Source: an uncultured Actinomycetes bacterium (lineage in GTDB: Bacteria; Actinomycetota; Thermoleophilia; Gaiellales; Gaiellaceae). From it: a stretch of 64,000 bases of DNA. Under the pieces are notes generated by a model. That model did no database searches. It saw only the letters and a list, made by a program, of their open reading frames with translations, and was not told the origin of the DNA. Below, in pieces: positions 51,624-62,836 of the stretch. The DNA lies in contig CAVOZU010000007.1 of NCBI GenBank assembly GCA_963701395.1, positions 514,053 through 578,052 of the forward strand, in the 5' to 3' direction. Both the position numbers and the translations under genes were made by a program. Position 1 is the first letter of the stretch. The number at the start of each line of letters is the position of its first letter.

Positions 51624-52683
51624 CGGTGCCTCTCGCCGTGTGGAGCTCCAGGACGCGGCGGTAGACGCCGAGGTAGTCGTCGACCATGCGGTTTGCGTCG
51701 AAGCGATGCTCGACGGAGGCGCGCACCGCCTGCCGGTCCATGCCAGCCGATGCACGCACCGCCTTGGTCGCCTCGTCGACCGACGTGACCAGGAAGCCGT
51801 TCTCACCCTCGCGGACGATCTCGGGCATCGAGCCGCGCGCGTGGGTGATCACCGGCGTTCCACAGGCCATCGCCTCGACGACGCTGAACCCAAACGGCTC
51901 GTCGAACTCGACGAGGTGCAGAAGCGCGCGTGCTCCTCCGAGCAGGTCGCTGCGACGTTCGCGGCCGATCGGGCCGACGTACCTCACCGTGGTTCCGTCG
52001 ACCTGGGGCTCGACGAAGCGTTCGAAGTACTCGACATCCTGGACGATCCCGGCGATGGTCAGCGGTAGACCGGCCCGCTTCGCCACCTCGATTGCCTTCG
52101 CCGTCCCCTTGTCGGGGTGGATCCTGCCGAAGAAGAGGAGGTAGTCGCGGGTCTCGGGTCCTACCTCGAACTCCTGCATGTCGATGCCGTGGTGAATCGT
52201 CGCCACGTAGTCGAGGTTGTCGTGCCGGTCTGCGTCGCTGATCGCCACGTAGTACCCGAGCGCGTTGTATTTCTCGAAGACGGGAACGATGCGCTCGGAG
52301 GAGAATCCATGGATCGTCGTCACGACCGGGGTGTCGACCAAGCCGCTGTAGGTGAGCGGCAGGAAGTCGTAGCTGTTGTGGATCACGTCGAATTCGTCAG
52401 CCCGCTCGAACAGCGCGGAGATGTGGAGGCCCTCCCAGACCTTCGCGTCCAAGGCGGGGTCCTCCGAGTAGCCGGTCGGCGCGGTTCCCACGAGGCGTGC
52501 CCGTGTCACCGAATCGGCCGTGGCGAAGAGAGTGACATCGACTCCGCGGCTGACCAGTCCGTCGGTCAGCAGCGAGACGAACTGCTCCCACGGCCCGTAG
52601 TGGCGGGGTGGCACACGCCACGAGATCGGGGCGAGCATCCCCACGCTGAGCAGGTCGCCGCCGGGGGTCTGGGAGCGCGGCAT
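51616..52683 (-). CDS. GT4 glycosyltransferase
   Basis: APISWRVPPRHYG..E, GRIHPDKG, EPFG..VEAMACGTP. Confidence 0.92.
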   Translation of the reverse strand: MPRSQTPGGDLLSVGMLAPISWRVPPRHYGPWEQFVSLLTDGLVSRGVDVTLFATADSVTRARLVGTAPTGYSEDPALDAKVWEGLHISALFERADEFDVIHNSYDFLPLTYSGLVDTPVVTTIHGFSSERIVPVFEKYNALGYYVAISDADRHDNLDYVATIHHGIDMQEFEVGPETRDYLLFFGRIHPDKGTAKAIEVAKRAGLPLTIAGIVQDVEYFERFVEPQVDGTTVRYVGPIGRERRSDLLGGARALLHLVEFDEPFGFSVVEAMACGTPVITHARGSMPEIVREGENGFLVTSVDEATKAVRASAGMDRQAVRASVEHRFDANRMVDDYLGVYRRVLELHTARGTDA

Positions 52684-52872
52684 CGACGACCGAGAGTAGC
52701 GTCCGCCCTGTGGAGCGGGTCTGGCTCGCTGCGCCATTCGACGCGTCCGAGCCGACGTCGACCCGCGTGCCCACGGATGCTCCTCGGCTAGAGTAAGGGG
52801 ACCCGATCTCGCTGACGCCGCTTCTGCGCTGTCGAAACGTCGGATTCCTACGGAAAGGGGCGCGCGCGAGTC

Positions 52873-55153
52873 GTGCGTACCGCGATCTTCTCGACCTACC
52901 CACCGCGCGCCTGCGGGATCGGGACATTCTCGTTCGACGTGCGAGCAGCGCTCCTCGGGGTTCCCGGGATCGATGAGGTCAGCGCGGTCGTGGTCGTCGA
53001 CGAGCCGTCGAGCCCGCAGCGCCAGGGACTGCTCGCCACGGTCGCGCAGGGAATCCGCGGCGACTACGTCCGCGCGGCGAGGTTGCTGGGTCGCCTCGAC
53101 ATCGACGTCGTCCTGCTCGAGCACGAGTACGGGATCTTCGGTGGTGACGAAGGCGAGTACGTGCTCTCCTTCGCGCAGGAGCTGGCTCAGCCGCTCGTCG
53201 TGACGCTGCACACGATTCTTGTCGGAGCCCTCGCCGAAACAGCTGCGAGTGCTCAGTGAGCTGTGCGATCAGGCGGAGCTTGTCACGGTCATGACCGAGA
53301 CCGGACGCCGTCTGCTGGTGGAGTCCGGCGCCTGCCGGGAATCCAAGGTTCGGGTCGTAGCGCACGGCGCACCCGTTGAGCTCGGACGCAGACGGGCCGA
53401 GCAGGCCGCCGGGCGCCGGCCCCGATACGTCACGCCCGTCCCTGGCGGCTACGAGCGTATGCAGTCACGGTTCCTGCTCTCGACGTTCGGGCTCCTCTCC
53501 GCGGGGAAGGGGCTCGAGACCATGATCGCGGCGCTGCCGTCGATCGTCGAGCGCCACCCGGAGGTGCTGTATCTCGTCGCTGGCCGCACGCATCCCCAAG
53601 TCGTCCGCCGCGAAGGCGAGGAGTACCGACTCATGCTCGAGCGGCGGGTCGTCGATCTGGGTCTCGGCGATCACGTCGAGTTCGACGACCGCTTTCTCTC
53701 GACAGACGAGTTGGCCGACCTGCTCGCCGCAACCGACGTCTTCGTCACGCCGTACGCAAACCGGGAGCAGATCGCATCCGGCGCGCTGACCTTCGCAGTC
53801 GCCGCAGGCTGTGCGGCGGTCTCCACTCCCTACTGGTTCGCCGAGGACATCCTCGCCTCGGGCGCCGGACGTCTGATCCCCTTCGCCGACGCCGATGCCC
53901 TGGCCGACGCGGTGTGCGAGTACGTCGAGCACCCGGAGGCGCTGGAGTCCTCGCAGGCCGAAGCACGGCGGATCGGCGCGGAGCTGACGTGGCCGTCGGT
54001 TGCCGAGGCGACTGCGTCGGTGCTTCGCGAGGCTGCGACGGTGGCGCCACGGCGCACGCCGATGCCGGTCGTCGAGTTGCAGCTCCCGGACGTGCGAAGA
54101 GACCATCTGCTCACGCTGGTCGACGATGTCGGGATCGTTCAGCACGCGCACGGTGTGATCCCCAACCGAGACAGCGGTTACTGCGTCGACGACGTCGCGC
54201 GGCTGGCGATCGTGGCACTCGAGCTCGGACGGCGCTACGGGACTCGACCGTGGGACACGATTCTCTACCGGGCGCTTGCGTTTCTCCACGCAGCGACCGA
54301 TGCCGAGGGCGGCGGCATGCGGAACTTCATGAGCTACGAGCGGCGGTGGCTCGACAGGCCGCACCTCGGCGATCACGTCGGGAGGTCGGTCTGGGCTCTG
54401 GGGGAGGTCCTCTCGACCGCGTGGGCGCCGGCCGTCGTCGGCCCTGCCCGCAGACTCCTTACGGACATCGTCTCCATGTTGCAGGACGACTTGCCGATCC
54501 GGACGGCCGCCTACACAGTTCTCGGGCTCGCCCGGCTGGACACCGACCGGCTCGATCCGCCCGCCAGGCTCCTCCTCGAGCGACTCGTCGACCAGCTCTC
54601 CACCGCCTACGGCAGCAGCGCCTCCGACGGATGGCGCTGGTTCGAGGACGAACTCCGTTACGACAATGCGCGCCTGCCACACGCCTTGATCGTCGGCGCC
54701 GCGGCGTTGGGTCGCGAGTGGGACGTATCGGTCGGACTGGAGTCGCTCGGCTGGCTGGGCGACGAGTGCGGACTCGCGGACGACGTCCTGCGACTGCAAG
54801 GCCATCTTGGTCGCTCACGTGGGGAGACCGCCCCGGGGCTGGGCGACGAGCAACCGCTCGAAGCATGCGCCTTCGTCGAGGCGGAGCTCGCAGCCTTCTC
54901 GGTCACCGGCGAGCCCGAGCACGGCGCTCGCGCCCAGCGCGCATTCGACTGGTTCTTGGGCCGCAATCGCCTCGATCGACCGCTATATGACTTCGCCACG
55001 GGCGGCTGTTGCGACGGTCTGGGGGAGCGGGACGTGAACGCCAACCAAGGCGCCGAGTCCACCCTCGCGTTTCACCGTGCCGAGCTCGTGATCGATGCGG
55101 CGGGGCTGCCCGTCGTGTTACGTCGACGCGCTCCGCGGGCGACAGTCTCTTGA
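52873..55153 (+). CDS. GT4 glycosyltransferase fused to an (alpha/alpha)6-like C-terminal domain; frameshift near 53220
   Basis: YPPRACGIGTF, HEYGIFGG, GKGLE, HP, TPY; GIVQHA..GYCVDD.AR, NQGAEST. Confidence 0.88.
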
Positions 55154-56088
55154 TCGTCACGCGCGAGCTGTTCGACCGGCACCCCGGCAACCCCATCCTT
55201 TCCGCGGCCGACTGGCCCTATCCTGTGAACGCGGTCTTCAATCCCGCCGCCGCCAGCCTCGGCCACGAGTCCGTCCTTCTCGCGAGAGTCGAGGCGCTCA
55301 CCGGCATCTCTCATCTGGCTGTCGCCCGATCGGCGAACGGCATCGACGGCTGGGTCGTTGACGGCACGCCGTTCCTCGCGCCGGCAGATGGCGTCGAGGC
55401 GGAAACGTGGGGGTTCGAGGACCCCCGGGTCGTCTGGGTCGACGAGCTCGAGCGCTGGGTGATCACGTGCACGTCGTACGGGCCCGCCGGCCCCGCCGTC
55501 TACCTCGCCACGACCACCGACTTCCGAGCAGTCGAGCGGCACGGGATCGTGCGGCAGCCTGAAGACAAGAACGCAGCTTTGCTGCCGGAACGCATCGACG
55601 GGCGCTGGATCCTGTTCCACAGGCCGATGACAGCCTTCGGCGGCTCGCGGGGCGAGATCCTGCTCTCGCGCTCGGCCGACCTTCACAACTGGAGTGCCCC
55701 GGAGCGCGTACTCGAGCCCCGACGCGGCGCCTGGTGGGACTCGCTTCGGATCGGTATCGGCCCACCACCTCTTCGCACCGAGCACGGGTGGCTGATCATC
55801 TATCACGGCGTCAAGGAGACGGTCGCCGGCAGCATCTACCGGGTGGGGCTGGCGCTGGTCGATCTGGATGAGCCGACGCGGGTGCTCGGGCGGGCCGCCG
55901 ACTGGGTGCTCGGGCCGCTGGCGCCGTACGAACGACAGGGAGACGTCCCGAACACCGTGTTCCCCTGCGGGCTGATTCACACACCGGAATCCGGCGAGGT
56001 ACGCCTTTACTACGGAGCGGCGGACACGTCGATCTGCCTCGCCACCGCACACGTCGACAAACTGCTCGCTGCGATCGTCCGCTTCTAG
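55150..56088 (+). CDS. GH130 glycoside hydrolase/phosphorylase
   Basis: VFNPAA, EDPR, EDKN, YHGV, VFPCG, YYGAADT. Confidence 0.92.
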   Translation: MIVTRELFDRHPGNPILSAADWPYPVNAVFNPAAASLGHESVLLARVEALTGISHLAVARSANGIDGWVVDGTPFLAPADGVEAETWGFEDPRVVWVDELERWVITCTSYGPAGPAVYLATTTDFRAVERHGIVRQPEDKNAALLPERIDGRWILFHRPMTAFGGSRGEILLSRSADLHNWSAPERVLEPRRGAWWDSLRIGIGPPPLRTEHGWLIIYHGVKETVAGSIYRVGLALVDLDEPTRVLGRAADWVLGPLAPYERQGDVPNTVFPCGLIHTPESGEVRLYYGAADTSICLATAHVDKLLAAIVRF

Positions 56089-56199
56089 CCAGGGGGTGAG
56101 CCGAGAGACGTCTGGCGGATGCCCCGGGCATGCGCCGGTGGTTGGGAACTGTCGTGTCGAGCGGAGAAGGTCGGCGGTCGGTGCCGTCTGCATGAGGAA

Positions 56200-56233
56200 G
56201 CACTGAGGGCCGGCTTTCGCCGGCCCTCAGTGC
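56200..56233 (-). terminator. groEL terminator hairpin
   Basis: 15-bp stem GCACTGAGGGCCGGC with a GAAA loop on the minus strand. Confidence 0.8.
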
Positions 56234-56252
56234 CAGATCGGACGCGAGCGGC

Positions 56253-57902
<1,650 letters not shown>

Positions 57903-57924
57903 TCAGTCCTTCCGGTGATTACGA

Positions 57925-58263
57925 CTAGGCGGACGCGCCGGCAAGGGCCTTCTTGCGCTTGCCTCTCGCACCCGGAGACACGACCTTCGCGAGGACATCT
58001 GACTCGCGCAGGATCAGAATTTCGTCGGTGCCGACCTTGATCTCGGTACCGCCGTACTTGGAGAAGATGACCTCGTCACCCTCCTCCACGTCCATCTTGA
58101 TGTACTCCCCGTCCTCGTCACGCGGGCCGGGGCCCACCGAGAGAACCTTGCCGCGTTGCGGCTTCTCCTTCGCGGTGTCGGGCAGCACGATGCCGCTGAC
58201 AGTGGTCGCCTCCTCTTCGAGGACCTCCACGATCAAACGGTCGCCAAGGGGCTGCAGGTTCAT
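57925..58263 (-). CDS. groS: co-chaperonin GroES
   Basis: [27 protein letters not shown]. Confidence 0.97.
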   Translation of the reverse strand: MNLQPLGDRLIVEVLEEEATTVSGIVLPDTAKEKPQRGKVLSVGPGPRDEDGEYIKMDVEEGDEVIFSKYGGTEIKVGTDEILILRESDVLAKVVSPGARGKRKKALAGASA

Positions 58264-58311
58264 GTAGCGCCTCCGATCACACTGTGGCTGGTCTCTTGAC
58301 CAGTAGCCGAG

Positions 58312-58338
58312 CTGGCACTCTCAGACAGAGAGTGCCAA
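58312..58338. promoter_or_regulatory. CIRCE element (HrcA operator)
   Basis: CTGGCACTC-N9-GAGTGCCAA upstream of groES. Confidence 0.92.
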
Positions 58339-58562
58339 GACGGGATCCTAGCATCAAAGCCAACGAGCCGTCGGCGGGGTCATGTTCCCAACCGAGATGA
58401 GCGTCGATCCGTCGCGGCGCTTCGGCGTTGCGCGAGCAATGATTCTAGGACGTCACGGCTTCGTCGAGACCAGCCCTGAGTCTCTGCGGCGGTGAGGGGC
58501 GGCGCCGCCTGAATGGCCGCCTGTGTCTCGCCACGGTGTCCGGTCCGAGTCGATCGACGACG

Positions 58563-59288
58563 CTATGCGGCGAGGGCTTCGGGGCTGAGTTTCAGGATCT
58601 CGCCGTCGAAGTCCTCGATCACGCCGCTTTCCTCCAACAGCCGGCCGTACCACTTCACGACGTCGGGGTGCAGTTGGAAGAGGGTCGAGAGCACGCTGAC
58701 GCGGTGTTCGCCGTTCATGACGTTGCCGGGCCATTCCCTTGGATGCTTCGCGTCGAGCTCGAGGATGTCGCCGATTGTCTTGACCGCGAACTTATGAAAG
58801 GTGTTGGACTGCTCGAAGTCGCCGGTATCGGGGTCTCTGAGGGCCGACAGGATCTCGCCAGTTCGATACGTATGGTCAACGAAAGCAGCGCGTCTCTGGA
58901 GCGCGTTGAGGACGGCTGCGCAGCCGAGGATGCGATCCACCGATTCCTGTGGCGAGTTTCCCTCGACACCCGTGATGCAGTCGCAGATGACGTGGTAGGT
59001 GCCGAAGCTCTCACCCGATAGCCAGTCCTCACCTTCGTGGTGGATCCAGGAAACTCGGTGAGGCCCGCTCTCGACGTACGTCATGATCGGGTTGATCGAG
59101 TCGCCGTAGCGACGCTCGGCATATTCGGCCCATGAAGCGACACGTCCGGCGAACTGACTCGGCTGGATCTCGGGCAACTCGACGGGCTTGTGGATCAAGC
59201 GGAAGACCTCCTGCTCGTCGATGCTCACGGAATGGCGGAGGACCTCACCTGATGTCAACTTCAACCTCCCAGGAGACGTTCGGAGCAC
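58563..59288 (-). CDS. hypothetical protein, lower GC, possibly 5'-truncated
   Basis: 241-aa ORF with protein-like composition; no motif recognised. Confidence 0.55.
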   Translation of the reverse strand: MLRTSPGRLKLTSGEVLRHSVSIDEQEVFRLIHKPVELPEIQPSQFAGRVASWAEYAERRYGDSINPIMTYVESGPHRVSWIHHEGEDWLSGESFGTYHVICDCITGVEGNSPQESVDRILGCAAVLNALQRRAAFVDHTYRTGEILSALRDPDTGDFEQSNTFHKFAVKTIGDILELDAKHPREWPGNVMNGEHRVSVLSTLFQLHPDVVKWYGRLLEESGVIEDFDGEILKLSPEALAA

Positions 59289-59434
59289 ACATCGAACCGC
59301 GCAACCGCAGTATGCACGGGGAGTACCACACGCTCACCGTCGACCTCGTTCCAACCCCACTTGAAGTACTCCGTATCCGGGTCGGGACTAATAAGATCTT
59401 CGAGCCAGCCCTCCACGTCCTCATCGCCGGTCAC
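59261..59434 (-). pseudogene. truncated paralogue of the 39890-40245 gene
   Basis: PDPDTEYFKWGWNEVDGE versus PDPEAEHFKWGWNEVDGE; similarity then stops. Confidence 0.7.
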
Positions 59435-59695
59435 AAAGATCTTTCTCGCGAGCGAGGTTCCCGCGAACGCAGGTCACAGACAGGTCTATGCGGGCCGCCC
59501 CCACCCCCACTACGGGTAGGGACCGCGCAGTCGATGTCGCGGACGATCTGCGCGATGACGGCAGCCCGTGTCCGGTCGAGCATCTTCGTCTGCGCCCACG
59601 GATCCCCCGGCAACGGTGAGGCAGCCGTTGACTGGCCGGAGCCCAAGACGAGGGCCGGCGGGCGGCCCTCCGACGGGGACCGGTGCCGATCGTCT

Positions 59696-61138
59696 TTAGG
59701 CCGCGAGTTCGGTTTCCGGTTCTCCCGTCTCGATCGGGTTGTTTGCCGGGTCCTTGCTCCACTCGAACCAGCCGCCGTCGTAGACGGCGATGCGTTGCCA
59801 GCCCATGAGGTGGGCGTAGAACCAGGTCTCGCTGGCTCTCCAGCCGGTGCCGCAGTAGAAGGCGACGTGCTTGTCCTCGGTGATGCCGGCCTCGGCCCAG
59901 TTGGCCGTGATCTCCGGGTAGGGGCGCATGGTGTTGTCGAGGTTGCGGTAGTGCTGCATGTGGTAGGCGTCCGTGCCGCAGTTGCCCCAGACGTCGCCCG
60001 CGATGCGTCCGGCAGGACCGATGTAGTTGTAACCACTCACGTTGCCGAGGTGCTCGGCCCAGGTGCGTACGCTAACGAGCGCCGCTCCGTGGGGATCGGC
60101 CAGGATCAGCTTGGCCTCGGTCGAGGTCGACGATCACCTCCGGTCGCAGCGGGATCTCGGCGCCGAACGCCGGTACCGGCGTGGGCTTTCGCAGGAGTGT
60201 CTCGACGCGGGTTGCCCTTCTGCACCCAGTGGTCGTAGCCGCCGTCGAGGAGGCGCACGTCGGCGACGCCCGCGTAGTACAGGATCATCGCGGCGCGGGT
60301 GGCCGCGATCTGCCCCGCCCTGCGCCCTGGCCACTTCTCGTTGGCGTCGCCCTCGGTGTCGCGGCCGTAGAGGATGACAGTGGTGTCGGCGGTGATCCCC
60401 AGCGCCCGAACCGCCTGCTCGAGCTCGCTCCGGTGAGCGCCGGTTCCAGTCGGCGGGATCCTCGAGCCGGTTCGTGTCGAGGTACAGCGCGCCCGTGATG
60501 TGGTTCTCCTCGTACTCCTCCGGTACGCCGAAGTTGACGTGGAAAAGGAGGTAGCTGCCGCTCGGAGCGGCCTCCGGCGTGCCGCCGCCGAGAAGCTGCT
60601 CGAGCCACGAGACGTGGACAAGCCTGGAGTAGTTCGGAAGTTGCTCGACCGGCAAGGCACTGTCGGACGCCCACTCCTGCCAGCCAGACCCGTAGCTCCT
60701 CACGTTCGCGTACCCCGCACCGGCGAGCCGGTCCCGCAGCGACGGGGCATCTGTGGCGTCGTGGTCGTAGAGGACGATCTCCTGGTCGGCATGGATGCCT
60801 TTGGAGTTGAGCAGCCGCTCGAGCTCGGCGTCCTCCGCGCCGTCCAGCCATGAGCACGGCAGCGCCACCGCTCCCGGGATGTGCCCGCCGCGGCTCTCGC
60901 CATCCAGGCGCCACCCGTTGAACGCGTGCAGCGGTCGCAGGTCGACAATCGTCAGCCCCGGCGCGTCGAACCGCCGGGCCAGCTCGTCGGTGGAGATGGT
61001 CGGCGCCGTTGTCGTGCGAGCTGGTCGACGCGGTGCCGCCAGCGACTGCCGCGCCTGGCGCTCCCGACCCAACCGCAGGGCGTCCGCCGGCTGCCCCAAC
61101 TCATCAGCCGCGGCTGTCGAATCGTCGCGAACGTGCAT
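59696..61138 (-). CDS. multi-domain rhodanese / YnjE-like sulfurtransferase, frameshifted
   Basis: GHIPGA, HITGA, LLDGG, active-site YCGTGWR, YDGGWFEW. Confidence 0.88.
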
Positions 61139-61499
61139 TCGCTCCTCCTCTCAAAGAAGGGGCCGCAGTTGGGTCCCCGAACGCAAGGGCCACTATCCTA
61201 TCGCTAATCATTCAAAAAGTAAAGCGACTATCGAACTTGAAGAAACGCTGTACTGAACACGTCGGCTGGGCGAGGCGAGAGCGGAAAGACGCGGTCGGGC
61301 AATGCGCGGGGTGACCGCAGATCGGGGCGGTCGTTGACTCCGCCATCGCCATTGGGGTTCTTGCCACGCTCCTGCTGACCTCGGCATCGTCGATGTGCAC
61401 GTCGTAGCGGAGGCGGCGCGAGAGACGCGGTGAATCACAGCACCCTCTTTGAGCCGTGGGAATGCGTCCGTCGGTGTGAGGAACGCTTGTGCCGATACG

Positions 61500-61520
61500 G
61501 TAACTCTGTTACATTGTGAC
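61500..61520. promoter_or_regulatory. overlapping palindromes upstream of the RHH gene
   Basis: GTAAC-tct-GTTAC and GTTACA-t-TGTGAC. Confidence 0.45.
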
Positions 61521-61544
61521 GACTTCCAGGGAGGAGTCAGACTG

Positions 61545-61814
61545 ATGGCAGTTCGCACCAAGCCATTCCGTATCTTCGAAAGCGATATCGCACCGCTCCG
61601 GCTCATCGCTGAGCTTGAGCAGCGCTCTCCTCAGGACGTGATCCACATCGCGCTCGCGAAGTACGTCGCGGACAACCGTAGTCAGCTCTCTGACGTCTTC
61701 GACAAGACGCAGACGGCTCTCGCTGACGGCGACATCGACGCGCTGTCGTCGCTTTTGTCCGCCTCCGCACGTTCGCGGGCCGACGAGCTCGCGAAGACGC
61801 TTCCGTCCTACTGA
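61545..61814 (+). CDS. RHH-like DNA-binding protein, putative antitoxin
   Basis: GGAGGAG Shine-Dalgarno; TKPFRI beta-strand then two helices (L..IAE..RS..DVI..AL..Y). Confidence 0.65.
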   Translation: MAVRTKPFRIFESDIAPLRLIAELEQRSPQDVIHIALAKYVADNRSQLSDVFDKTQTALADGDIDALSSLLSASARSRADELAKTLPSY

Positions 61815-61859
61815 CCAAAGCGACCCGGCACGTCAGCCTGGGAACGTAGGGTCGTCTTC

Positions 61860-62594
61860 GTGGCGGATGAGCTGCCTGTCGATCCTCGAGGGACCGCGCG
61901 TTGTCTGTGCGATGACCTTGGCTTCGAGGAGGGGTCGGAGAGCCGCCCCATCTCCGACCTCGCTGACGAGGATGCGACCGGGTTGCTGGCAGGACTGATC
62001 CAGCGGGCCGCAGCAGGCGGCGAAGGACAGGAGCCGATCCGATCGCTGTTGCCGGAGATCCACGCGTTCTCGCTCCATAGCGGCCGGCACCGCGGAGCCA
62101 CGTGGCTGCACCGAGAGGCGCGCGCCGTCTGGCTGCTCGCCGCTGGATACCACCGCGAAGGAGCGCGGGATGACGCCTACGAGTACTTCAGTCGGCTCAA
62201 GGCAGCGCGGGCCATCCTCCCTACGCGCGATGACCTCGAGGCTCTTGAGCGGTCACGGGACCGGACGTTCGCCATCGTTCTCGCGGAGGAGCTGCCCCAG
62301 CTCGTTGACCATGTTCGAGCCCACCCGGGAGAACTCGTCGAGCACGTTCTTGGTGGGCGCGTGGGTCTGCGTGCCGTCTACGAGGAAGGTAACCCGGGTC
62401 TCCTCACGCTTGCCGTCGACAGTGTCGTTCAGCCCGGCGACCTGCGGCTCCCGCCGGAGTGGTTGGTGATCATCTTGGCCGCGGCGTTCCCCGGCTGGGC
62501 CCTCGAGGATCTAGAGGTCACTGACGACGTCGGTGGTCACCCGCGCCGGGATACTGAGTTGGTCTTCTGCGGCCTCGACGCCGCTGAACGCTGA
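61860..62594 (+). CDS. hypothetical protein with RelE-like core, putative toxin
   Basis: FSLHSGRHRGATW..VWLLAAG.HREG..DAY; extra C-terminal domain. Confidence 0.55.
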   Translation: MADELPVDPRGTARCLCDDLGFEEGSESRPISDLADEDATGLLAGLIQRAAAGGEGQEPIRSLLPEIHAFSLHSGRHRGATWLHREARAVWLLAAGYHREGARDDAYEYFSRLKAARAILPTRDDLEALERSRDRTFAIVLAEELPQLVDHVRAHPGELVEHVLGGRVGLRAVYEEGNPGLLTLAVDSVVQPGDLRLPPEWLVIILAAAFPGWALEDLEVTDDVGGHPRRDTELVFCGLDAAER

Positions 62595-62779
62595 GATCAA
62601 TGACTCCATCCTCTCAAGGCTTGGAGCCTGCAACATTCCCGGAGCGGTTCAATAAGAACTACTCTCGCGTCCCGCATGACCGGGCGCGAGGCGCGAAGTC
62701 TGGCTACCCAGTTCGTTGCCCAGAGTTGCGTAGCGAGCCTTGGGTACAGACCGCACGCCCGGTGGACCAGCCCCTTCCC

Positions 62780-62813
62780 TAACTCTGGGTCACTGCTCCA
62801 CTACCCAAAGTTA
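62780..62813. promoter_or_regulatory. inverted repeat upstream of the Fic gene
   Basis: TAACTCTGGGT ... ACCCAAAGTTA (one mismatch). Confidence 0.5.
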
Positions 62814-62836
62814 CTGTGCTAACATTGGAAACAGAG

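Noticed and set aside
61140-61260. SAM riboswitch upstream of the sulfurtransferase
   Set aside because: No SAM-I or SAM-IV core motifs; the region looks like an AT-rich promoter/operator.
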